From contig JBBDTI010000003.1 in the NCBI GenBank assembly GCA_040904565.1, positions 1-47,993 of the forward strand: DNA of 47,993 nt. The letters are read 5' to 3'. A model generated the notes under the pieces. It saw only the letters and a list, made by a program, of their open reading frames with translations. It searched no databases and was not told where the DNA came from. The stretch comes from Rhodothermales bacterium (GTDB lineage: Bacteria; Bacteroidota; Rhodothermia; Rhodothermales; VXPQ01). Shown here piece after piece: positions 26,827 to 35,137 of this stretch (its first letter is position 1; each line of letters starts with the position of its first letter). A program made the position numbers and the translations under genes.

Positions 26827-27972
26827 TCAGGCCGCCGGTAGAAAGCGCACGCATACGGGCGAGGGCACGTGCAGCACCTGGCCGGTACGCGTAAGCCGGC
26901 CGCTGCCGACATCGATCGAGAAGACGACGACGGTGTCCGAATTCTGGTTGGCGGCGAGGAGGTAGCGGCCGGTGGGGTCGAGGGCGAAGTTTCGCGGCGT
27001 CCGGCCGCCCGTACTCACGTGCTGCACGTACGAGAGCGTTCCGTTTTCCGGGTGGATGGAAAAAACCACGATACTGTCGTGCCCGCGGTTGGAGCCGTAG
27101 AGGAAGCGCCCGTCGGCGGACACGTGGATGTCGGCGGTGGTGTTGGCGCCGTCGAAACCATCCGGCAGCGTCCCGACGGTCTGCCCGGTCTGCAGCGTGC
27201 CGTCGGCATACGAAAATGTGGTGATGGTCGAGTCGAGCTCGTTGATGGCGTAGGCTCGGGTCCCGTCGGGATGGAACGCCAGATGACGCGGACCCGCGCC
27301 GGGGGCGACGGACGCCGTGCCGGCCGGCACGAGTTCGCCGGCGTCGATGCGATAGCCCACCACCCGATCGATGCCGAGATCGGCGGCAAAGGCTCGGTCG
27401 CCGGAGGGCCCGACGACGACGCAGTGGGCGTGCGGGCCTTCCTGGCGGCTTTCGTTGGGGCCGGACCCCTCGTGCTGCGCCACGTCTGATGCCTCGTCGA
27501 GTCGCCCGTCCGCCTCTACGGGGAAGAGGGCCACGTTGCCTCCGAGATAGTTGGCGACGAGCACGTAATTTCCGTCGGGCGTCACGGAGACGTAGCAGGG
27601 CGCGCCTCCCTGCGAAGGCTGCCGGTTGAGGGGCGCGAGCCGCCCCTCCCGGTTGACGGCGTACGCGTAGATGCCTCCGCCGGGCTGTCCCTCGAACTCC
27701 GTCGTCTCGCTGACGGCATAGAGATAGCGGCCGCTCGGATGCGCGGCCAGAAAGGATGGATTCTCGATGAGTCCGGTCACGCCTCGTACTTCGAGCGCAC
27801 CGGTCTCGTCATCGAAGACGCATCGGTAGATGCCTTCGCTTTCGTCGCGCGTATACGTGCCGATGTAGAGGGTATTCATAGTGCGGTGCTTGAGTGAAGG
27901 TGGTCGTCCTAGGGGTGCGAGCACGGCCACTCCGGCCATTCGAAGAAACCGGCGCCTGGTTGCGTCCGTCAT
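26827..27972 (-). CDS. Lactonase (6-phosphogluconolactonase Pgl/YkgB-type propeller) with a Tat-like leader
   Basis: LYIGTYT, NPSFL, ANYLGG, RQEGPHAH, GAGPRH, SNRGHDS and PRNF; leader TRRRFLR. Confidence 0.9.
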   Translation of the reverse strand: MTDATRRRFLRMAGVAVLAPLGRPPSLKHRTMNTLYIGTYTRDESEGIYRCVFDDETGALEVRGVTGLIENPSFLAAHPSGRYLYAVSETTEFEGQPGGGIYAYAVNREGRLAPLNRQPSQGGAPCYVSVTPDGNYVLVANYLGGNVALFPVEADGRLDEASDVAQHEGSGPNESRQEGPHAHCVVVGPSGDRAFAADLGIDRVVGYRIDAGELVPAGTASVAPGAGPRHLAFHPDGTRAYAINELDSTITTFSYADGTLQTGQTVGTLPDGFDGANTTADIHVSADGRFLYGSNRGHDSIVVFSIHPENGTLSYVQHVSTGGRTPRNFALDPTGRYLLAANQNSDTVVVFSIDVGSGRLTRTGQVLHVPSPVCVRFLPAA

Positions 27973-28060
27973 GACGGTGCCTTGTTGGAGAATGGGATGG
28001 AGAATACGTTGGAGGTCAAGTCGGAGCACATGCTGAAATTAGGCTGGAACCGGGCTGGGA

Positions 28061-29098
28061 TCAGGTCATGATCTGGAGGCGGGATTCGTGATCCACCTGC
28101 AGGAGCGCTCCGTGTCCGGAGACGGGCAAGGTAGCCGTCCATCCGTCCAGCTGCACGTGCAGGTCGGCCTGCTCCGGCACACGCACGTCGAGCTCCGAGA
28201 GATCGTCCGCCCAGCGCCCGTGGTGCTGCTTGTAGGCCTTCTGTGCATAATATACGGCCATCAGCGTATCGCGGGCACGCAGGGTTGGATCGGTCCGAAA
28301 CGACGCCTCGCCCGGCTGTGACCGGGAGAACTGGACGTAGCCCCAGCGCTCCGGCCGGTGCATGTCGACGACGCCCTGCGGCGACCAGACCCAGTTATGC
28401 TCGGGAACGCCGGACTGCTTCCGGTAGGCGTTATCGACGATCTCGTGCTCCCAGTGGACGCGGGAGAAATTGATGCGCCACCGATCGCCGTCCGCGGGCG
28501 GTGCGTAGCCGTGCCGGGACAGTCCGTCCCAGGGTAGTGCCAGCTCGACGGACCAACCGATGTCTGTGTCGTGGGGCGCATTGAGCGTTCCCTCGACGTG
28601 CACGGCCGTTCGGAGACCGGGAAGGTGGGTCGGCGAGTAGACCGGCCCGCCATCCCGATACGGTTTTTCCAGGGTCAGCTCCCAGATCGTGTTCAGTGCG
28701 TTGATTTCCAGCTCGTAGTAATTGTGGTTGTCGCCGTCCGGATCGATGAAGACCTCGAAGTCCTTGTCGAGGTAGATGACGCTGTTCGGCTCGGTGATGG
28801 TGCCCCATACGTGGGGGTCATCCATCCGGGCGGCGACGTACAGAAAGTCGTCGTCCCACCGCATGGCCACGCGCGTGTCGAAGCGAGGTTCGGGGCCGCG
28901 TTCGCCTTCGATGTCGACGAACGGCTCGGTCCACGTTGCGTCGGACCAGGCCGGATCGTCGAGTCTGCCGTCGATGATCGGCGGGTTCGGCGTGAAGTGG
29001 CAGACGTAGTGCCTCGGCGTGACCGACGCCATGCGCTCCCAGTCCGTCGAATCGACATCAGCCGGAAGACCCCAGGTCGGCTCCGTTATTCGTTCCAT
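28061..29098 (-). CDS. Carbohydrate-binding family 9-like (DOMON-like) protein
   Basis: IDGRLDDPAW, WDDDFLYV, DFEVFIDPDGD..NYYELEIN, WSVELALPW, WRINFSR and NWVWSPQG..DMHRPERWG. Confidence 0.82.
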   Translation of the reverse strand: MERITEPTWGLPADVDSTDWERMASVTPRHYVCHFTPNPPIIDGRLDDPAWSDATWTEPFVDIEGERGPEPRFDTRVAMRWDDDFLYVAARMDDPHVWGTITEPNSVIYLDKDFEVFIDPDGDNHNYYELEINALNTIWELTLEKPYRDGGPVYSPTHLPGLRTAVHVEGTLNAPHDTDIGWSVELALPWDGLSRHGYAPPADGDRWRINFSRVHWEHEIVDNAYRKQSGVPEHNWVWSPQGVVDMHRPERWGYVQFSRSQPGEASFRTDPTLRARDTLMAVYYAQKAYKQHHGRWADDLSELDVRVPEQADLHVQLDGWTATLPVSGHGALLQVDHESRLQIMT

Positions 29099-30336
29099 GC
29101 CGGCATCGAAATTCCGTTCAGGTCCCACACGACCCGCCCCGCCCGCAGCGTCAGCTCCGCTTCGAGCTTCCGGTCGCCGTGCAGCACGACGTCGTCCACG
29201 TCGGCGTATCCGAATTCCCCTTCATGGAGGCGAAAAACGGCTACGTCGGCCTCCGCGCCGACGTCGAGATTTCCGAGCTCGGTCCGCTGAATGACCTGTG
29301 CGGGCGTCCAGGTTGATGCGCGGATCGCATCGGGCAACGACATCCCGAGGCTGAGAAATTTCGACATCACGTTGGCCATGTCTTTCATCCCCCCGTTCAT
29401 GCTTCCGGTATGCAGGTCCGTGCTGATGACGTCCGGCCAGAAGCCGGCCTGCGTGGCGGGGACGGCGGCCGAATAGAAGAAGCTCCCGCCGCCGTGTCCG
29501 ACGTCGAACACGATACCTCGCTCCTGGGCGTCAAGGACAAAAGGTTGGAAGCGACCTGCCGCGTCCACCACCGATTCGCGCGTATCCAGGTTGGCGTAGG
29601 CGTGCGTGAAGATGTCACCTGGACGCAGGTGATCGAAGAAGAGCTCGCGGATCGGTAGCTTCGGCTCGGCTCCCCCGAAATCGACCATGACCGGTACGCC
29701 GGCTTGCTCTCCGGCGGCGACCGCCCGGTCGGTCGGCGTCCAGTCGTGGCCCATGTAATGCGCGAGCTTGACGCCGACGACGATCTCCGGATACTTCTCG
29801 ACGGCCATCGCCGTCAGTTTCGGATCCATGTCCCGCAGGTTTTGCTCGACGGCACCGCCCTTCATGCCGGATCCTACGATGTTTACGAAAGCGAGCACGC
29901 GGGTGTCGGCATGGTTGACGGTCTGCTCGACGAACGTCCGCATGTTGCGCCATCCGGCGCTGCCGACGTCGACGGCCGTCGTCACGCCGGCGCGGAAGGT
30001 AAAGGCGTCAGGCGGAACGCTGGTAAACGAGTTGCTGATGTACGCGTCCGGTTCCGTACCGTGAAAGGCGTGCACGTGCAGGTCGATGATGCCGGGCGTG
30101 ACGTAGAGTCCGGATGCGTCGACGACGCGGTCGGCGCGCGCTGCGTCGATGTCCGGGGACACGTCCGCGATCCGTCCGTCGGCGATGCCGACGTCCATCA
30201 CCCCGTCGATCCCGTTCTTCGGGTCGATGACGTGGCCGTTCTCGATCAAGAGGTCGAGGTCCTGGGCCGCAGCCGGCATGGCGAGCAGAAGGAGTGTGAA
30301 GAGGAGTGTGAGGAGGCGTGTAGAGGATCGATTCAT
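29086..30336 (-). CDS. Amidohydrolase/deacetylase (COG3964, dihydroorotase-like) with a Sec signal
   Basis: Signal ends PAAA-Q; NGHVIDP, PGIIDLHVH, GVTTAVDVGSAG, GVKL, GDIFTH, FDVGHGGGSF and ISTDLH. Confidence 0.88.
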   Translation of the reverse strand: MNRSSTRLLTLLFTLLLLAMPAAAQDLDLLIENGHVIDPKNGIDGVMDVGIADGRIADVSPDIDAARADRVVDASGLYVTPGIIDLHVHAFHGTEPDAYISNSFTSVPPDAFTFRAGVTTAVDVGSAGWRNMRTFVEQTVNHADTRVLAFVNIVGSGMKGGAVEQNLRDMDPKLTAMAVEKYPEIVVGVKLAHYMGHDWTPTDRAVAAGEQAGVPVMVDFGGAEPKLPIRELFFDHLRPGDIFTHAYANLDTRESVVDAAGRFQPFVLDAQERGIVFDVGHGGGSFFYSAAVPATQAGFWPDVISTDLHTGSMNGGMKDMANVMSKFLSLGMSLPDAIRASTWTPAQVIQRTELGNLDVGAEADVAVFRLHEGEFGYADVDDVVLHGDRKLEAELTLRAGRVVWDLNGISMPAWNE

Positions 30337-30436
30337 TCGCTGTACGTCGTGTAAAGTCCGGTGATCGTGAGCACGTATGCAGCGCCGGCGGCATAACGAG
30401 CGGCAAGCCCGGCGCACGCCGTCCGTCATCGCGCGG

Positions 30437-31639
30437 TCAGACGGAGGCTTCTTCGAGGGCCTCGCGCAGCCGAGCCGCTACGGTTCGTTCTTCCCCGGGA
30501 CGCATCATCCAGACCGTGACGCCGATGCCCTCGTCACCTCCCGCCGTTTCGATGGACGGGTGGCCGCTGCGGAGGCGGTCGCGGATTTCGTCGGGAGATA
30601 CCGGGATGCGATCCCGGTCCCACGTAATATCGAGGGAGGGCGTATGGTTTGCGATCTCGGGGACGTGAATCTCGGGATGCGCGCCCTCTACTTCGGCGAC
30701 GGCATCCCGGATGTGCTCGATCTGCCGCTGCCACTGCCGCCATTCGGCGTCGAAGTCTTTTTCGAGATAGCGCTCGAGCGCGACCAGCATGCCGAGCACT
30801 TCTTCCTTGTTCACCTTCATGCCGCGCCCGATCGTGTTGCCGCGCGGCGGGGCGTGGAGGCGCGCCGCGGCGATGAGGTCCTCGCGGCCGAGGAGGAGTC
30901 CGGCGCTCTGCGGACCTCGGAGCGCCTTTCCGCCTGAAAACGCGACGAGGTCGTATCCCATGTCGGTGTACTTCCACAGGTTCTCGACCGGCGGGACGTC
31001 GGCCGCGCAATCGTTGAACGTCGGGATGCCGTGCCGGCGACCGGTGGCGACGACGTCCTCGTGCGTGATGTCGGTCCCGTTGTAGGCATTCAGGACGAAC
31101 AGCATCGCGGTTCGTTCGTTGACGGCCTCTTCCATCTCCTCGAGCGTCTCTACCTCTATGATCTCCGCGCCTGCGTTCGTGAGGGCGTGCACGTATCCCA
31201 CGAAGTGCTCCGGCTTGGGCATCACGACCTCATATTTGAGCCCGGTACGGTCGGGGAGCCGCGCGACCTTATCCTCATCCATCCCGCACATGACGCCGCC
31301 CATGCCGAGCGTCATGGCGCTGAAGGCGCCGGACGTGACGGTGGCCGACTCGCAGCCGAGCAGCTCGGCGATGCGGGCGCCGACCTTGTCCTGGATCTCA
31401 TCCAGGGCCACGTACCGGGAGCGGGCATAATCGATGGCCTCGACGACCTCGTCCGGCATGAGCGAGCCGCTGAGGGAGGTATACGTCCCGGCCGCGTTGA
31501 TGAAGGTTCGCAGTCCGAGTTCGTGGAAATAGTCGCGAGGAGGCGTGCGGAGTGCTGCGGATCCGGCGGCACCCCCGACCCATCCACCCAGAAAAGGAAG
31601 CGTTCCGAGATGCTTCAGTACCGTTCGACGAGACAGCAT
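30437..31639 (-). CDS. SelA/DgaE-like PLP-dependent enzyme with a Tat signal
   Basis: Tat SRRTVLK; INAAGTYTSLSGS, DCAAD, FSGGKALRGPQSAG (PLP Lys) and IGRGMKVNKEE. Confidence 0.88.
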   Translation of the reverse strand: MLSRRTVLKHLGTLPFLGGWVGGAAGSAALRTPPRDYFHELGLRTFINAAGTYTSLSGSLMPDEVVEAIDYARSRYVALDEIQDKVGARIAELLGCESATVTSGAFSAMTLGMGGVMCGMDEDKVARLPDRTGLKYEVVMPKPEHFVGYVHALTNAGAEIIEVETLEEMEEAVNERTAMLFVLNAYNGTDITHEDVVATGRRHGIPTFNDCAADVPPVENLWKYTDMGYDLVAFSGGKALRGPQSAGLLLGREDLIAAARLHAPPRGNTIGRGMKVNKEEVLGMLVALERYLEKDFDAEWRQWQRQIEHIRDAVAEVEGAHPEIHVPEIANHTPSLDITWDRDRIPVSPDEIRDRLRSGHPSIETAGGDEGIGVTVWMMRPGEERTVAARLREALEEASV

Positions 31640-31735
31640 GGTTGTAAAAAAACGATGAGCAGGATGGACGGACAATGAATCGTGCGCGCTAGGCGCGGAG
31701 TGCGACGCAGAGATGCGGGAATTATCAACGGCCTT

Positions 31736-32194
31736 TTAGAGAGCCGCGACGCAGTCGATCTCCACGAGCGAGTCACCCGGCACGCCGCCATAGGTGGCCA
31801 CCGTCGTTCGAACGGGAGGATGGTCGCCGAAACGGCCGCGGTAGACCTCGTTCATCCCGTCGTAGTCTTCCAGATCGTGCAGATAGACGTTGACCTTCAA
31901 GACCTTCTCCATGGACGACCCGGCTTCTTCGAGCTCCTTCTGCAGTTCGTTGAGCACGTGGTCGGTATGGGCCTTGATGTCGCCCTCGAAATGGGCGCCC
32001 TTGCCCGCGACGTACACTGTTCCATTGTGGATGGTATGGCCTGAGAAGAGCGGCACGTCGTCGTCCGTGACCACATTGCCGGAGGTTCGGGCGGGTCCGG
32101 CCTGGGCCGCCGCGGCCGATCCCGCCCCGAAGGACGCGAGAAAGGCGGCGGCTTTCTTGACGAACGAGCGGCGGTTTCTGTGCGTTTCTTTCAT
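31736..32194 (-). CDS. RidA/YjgF family imine deaminase with a Tat signal
   Basis: Tat NRRSFVK plus Ala-rich h-region; VLKVNVYL, MNEVY, PPVRTTV (catalytic Arg) and LVEIDC. Confidence 0.9.
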   Translation of the reverse strand: MKETHRNRRSFVKKAAAFLASFGAGSAAAAQAGPARTSGNVVTDDDVPLFSGHTIHNGTVYVAGKGAHFEGDIKAHTDHVLNELQKELEEAGSSMEKVLKVNVYLHDLEDYDGMNEVYRGRFGDHPPVRTTVATYGGVPGDSLVEIDCVAAL

Positions 32195-32220
32195 GGCGGC
32201 GAAGACGTTAGATGGATGGC

Positions 32221-33636
32221 TTATTCGGTGCGCGAGGTACGTCGTGGAGAGAGCGAGAGCTTCCAGATGGCGGCCTCGCTCCCACCATGTTCGAGTACGT
32301 ACAGATCGGAGCCGACGAGCTCGGCATCCACGGGACCGCGAAATCCTTCGGCGATACGCTGCGCCCGGACAATGTAATGGTCTGTATGCGGATTGTGGAA
32401 GAGCGTAAGATGAATGAGATCGGCGCCGAGGTTCGAGAGGCGTCCGAGGAGCACGGACTGCGTGCCGTCCGTCCAGCTCAGCACAAAACCGTCGCCGCGA
32501 TAAGGCAGTGCCAGCGTGGTGTCCGTGTCGAAGACGAGGCCGAGGGGAGAGCGGTGCGCCGTAAAGGTCCCCACGGCAACACCCGTCTCGTCGCCCTTCA
32601 CGACGCGACCGGTTTCACGATCTCGGTAATAGTTGGCATCGGGACCGATGTTGGCTACCGGCGGAGTGAACGTGACGTTCTCAGGCCGCGGGGGAAAGTC
32701 CGGGTCGTTGTAGAAGTATTCCTGTGTATAGGCGAGGCTATAAGGATTGATGAACGGATCGTTCTCCGGATCCGGGTGGAAGTCCGCGTACTGCTGGGGG
32801 TTGTCGACGCCGCCCATAACCCACGGGAAACCATAGTGGTGTCCTTCGCGCACCCAGAACATATCCTCCGGATGGTCATAGTCGCCCGAGTTCGAGACGG
32901 CGAACAGGTGTCCGGCCGAAGAAAACGCCATATCGTACGCGTTACGGATGCCGCGGGCATACAGATAGCCCGCCGCCGTCAGCTCGTCGAGGTCGTTCGG
33001 CAGGTGCAGGTTCTCGGCATCGATGGGAACGCGGAGAACGGATGCCGTGAGCGGCTCTTCGCGCGCATCCGGATAGGCTCCCCCGTTGTCCTGTACCTCC
33101 CCGTGATCGGTCCGCGAGCCGCTCGTGACGTAGAGATGCCGTTCGTCGGGGCTGACGACCACCGCGTTGAAGCCGTGGTCGAAGGCGATCTGCACCGTGC
33201 CGAAGGAATCGGTTTCAAAAACGGTCGTCCACCTGCGGCTGCCGTCGGGTTGCAGACGGCCTCGGACGAGCCTCCCTTTCGTGCCCTTCCCTCCGTTCAC
33301 GGCCACGTTTCCGCAGAGGTAGATGGACGCTCCGTGTATGGCGAGGCCCTGCAGGCGCGTGATGCCGTGATCGACGGCCGTGGCCACGCGCTGCGGCGAC
33401 GCTCCCCGCGTGGCGGGAATGGAATAGAGGTCACCGTCGATCGTGATGGCCAGGAACGTACCGGACGTGGGATCCAGCTGCAGCCGGACGCTTCGCGGCG
33501 GTGCGTCCGTAAAACGTACTATCGTGATGCCGTCGACGAGTACGTGTGGTTGACCCACGGCCTGCCTGGCTGCCGATGCGCAGAACAACGTGCACACGAG
33601 CAGCGCGAGCATCTGCAATATGGTCGCTTCCCGCAT
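32221..33636 (-). CDS. Secreted glucose/sorbosone dehydrogenase (PQQ-dependent sugar DH)-like beta-propeller
   Basis: Start at MREAT (TGATG overlap with the upstream gene); signal peptide; SGSRTDHGE, YARGIRNAYD, GHHYGFPW and HRSPLGL. Confidence 0.8.
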   Translation of the reverse strand: MREATILQMLALLVCTLFCASAARQAVGQPHVLVDGITIVRFTDAPPRSVRLQLDPTSGTFLAITIDGDLYSIPATRGASPQRVATAVDHGITRLQGLAIHGASIYLCGNVAVNGGKGTKGRLVRGRLQPDGSRRWTTVFETDSFGTVQIAFDHGFNAVVVSPDERHLYVTSGSRTDHGEVQDNGGAYPDAREEPLTASVLRVPIDAENLHLPNDLDELTAAGYLYARGIRNAYDMAFSSAGHLFAVSNSGDYDHPEDMFWVREGHHYGFPWVMGGVDNPQQYADFHPDPENDPFINPYSLAYTQEYFYNDPDFPPRPENVTFTPPVANIGPDANYYRDRETGRVVKGDETGVAVGTFTAHRSPLGLVFDTDTTLALPYRGDGFVLSWTDGTQSVLLGRLSNLGADLIHLTLFHNPHTDHYIVRAQRIAEGFRGPVDAELVGSDLYVLEHGGSEAAIWKLSLSPRRTSRTE

Positions 33637-34979
33637 CAAACGGCGTCCGGGTGCGGATGCACCCAGGGGTCGCGGTAGGGTCTGGCGAGCAGTGCATTGG
33701 CTTCTTCGTCGCCGACGACGCGGCCGGACTCGGCGTCCCACTCGAGCGTGCGGCCGAGCTGGAGAGCGATGTTCGCCAGGATGCAGCTTGCTGCCGAGAT
33801 GTGCCCCTCTTCGATGTCCGCGACGGGACGGGAGCGGTCGTCGACGGCCTGCAGCCAGTCGAGCATGTGCCTGCGTATGGCCGGCGCCACGTGGCGTTCC
33901 AGATCCTCCTCGGTCCGATCCTCCGGATACTCGTCGAGCTCGTAGACCACGTCGCCGTGCTCGGGCTCCCCGTCGCCCACCGGGATGAAGTCGTACTGGT
34001 GTACGCTGAGCTTGAGCGTACCGTTCTCGCCGTACAGGGTAGCGCCCCAGGGATATTCGGGATCCGCGGGCGTGCCCCAGGCGCGGTGCTGCCAGAGGAC
34101 CGGGAACTCCTCGAATTCGAACGTAGCGGTCTGCGTGTCGGGCGTATTGGCGATGCTGTCGGGGTGCATCAGGATGCCGCCGGAGGAGGAAATTCGGTTC
34201 GGCCAACCCAGGCCGAGCATCCATCGCACCATATCGAGCATGTGCACGCACATGTCGCCGATGATCCCGTTGCTGTATTCCATGAAGGCTCGCCAGCCTC
34301 GAGGGTGGACGACCTCGTTGTATGGAATTTTCGGTGCCGGGCCGGCCCACATCTCGTAATCCAGGTAGGAGGGCGGCTGGATGTGCGGCGGATTGCTGCG
34401 CGTCCGCATGTGGTAGTAGCAGTACGTCTCGACCATCCGTATTTTCCCCAGGCGTCCCGTGCGGATGTACCGGTCGCGGGCGTCGATGAGGTGGGGCGTG
34501 CTGCGGCGCTGCATGCCGACCTGCACGACGCGGCCGTACTTGCGCGCGGCGGCCACCATGGCCTGTCCCTCGACGACATCGACACCGATCGGCTTCTGCA
34601 CCCACACGTCGATGCCCGCCTGGCAGGCTTCGATCATCGGGAGGGCGTGCCAGTGATCGGGCGTCACGATCAGCACCAGATCGAGGTCGTTCTGGTCGAG
34701 CATCGCCCGGTAATCCGTGAAGGTAGCCGGGCGGTTTCCCGATGCCTGTCGTTCCGCGACGATCGCCGCCGCACCGTCGAGCATCTCACGGTCGACGTCG
34801 CATAGAGATACCACCTCTACGGGCGCGACCTGGATGAGGCGGAGAAGGTCCGTCTTTCCATACCAGCCGGATCCTATGAGTCCGACGCGCGGTCCCTGAC
34901 GTGCGAAGTAGCTCAGGTCCGGCAACGAGCCGGCGGCAGCGAGCGCGGCGCTCGCCTTTAAGAAGTCCCTACGTTTCAT
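33636..34979 (-). CDS. Tat-exported Gfo/Idh/MocA family oxidoreductase
   Basis: Tat MKRRDFLK; GLIGSGWYG, TPDHWH, VQKP, QVGMQRRS and DMCVH. Confidence 0.92.
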   Translation of the reverse strand: MKRRDFLKASAALAAAGSLPDLSYFARQGPRVGLIGSGWYGKTDLLRLIQVAPVEVVSLCDVDREMLDGAAAIVAERQASGNRPATFTDYRAMLDQNDLDLVLIVTPDHWHALPMIEACQAGIDVWVQKPIGVDVVEGQAMVAAARKYGRVVQVGMQRRSTPHLIDARDRYIRTGRLGKIRMVETYCYYHMRTRSNPPHIQPPSYLDYEMWAGPAPKIPYNEVVHPRGWRAFMEYSNGIIGDMCVHMLDMVRWMLGLGWPNRISSSGGILMHPDSIANTPDTQTATFEFEEFPVLWQHRAWGTPADPEYPWGATLYGENGTLKLSVHQYDFIPVGDGEPEHGDVVYELDEYPEDRTEEDLERHVAPAIRRHMLDWLQAVDDRSRPVADIEEGHISAASCILANIALQLGRTLEWDAESGRVVGDEEANALLARPYRDPWVHPHPDAV

Positions 34980-35137
34980 GGCATCATTGTGGATTGATCG
35001 TTCGGTGTCTCGGACAGAGGACGCTCTCTCCGGCATATCGGAAAAACGCGGGCGCGGATTCCCCGTGCCTCTTGCTTTAGAGAGCCGGACTGCCTAGATA
35101 CATTCGAGGTTTCTATTCACAACTATATTATACGGAT

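Noticed and set aside
30437-31639. Selenocysteine synthase or a selenoprotein system
   Set aside because: The protein has a Tat leader and DgaE-like motifs; no selB, selC or selD is present and I noticed no in-frame UGA gene.
33637-34605. N-terminal 323 aa of the 794-aa ORF
   Set aside because: It is an Arg/Pro-rich alternative frame of the Gfo/Idh/MocA gene; the real start is the coupled ATG at 33636.
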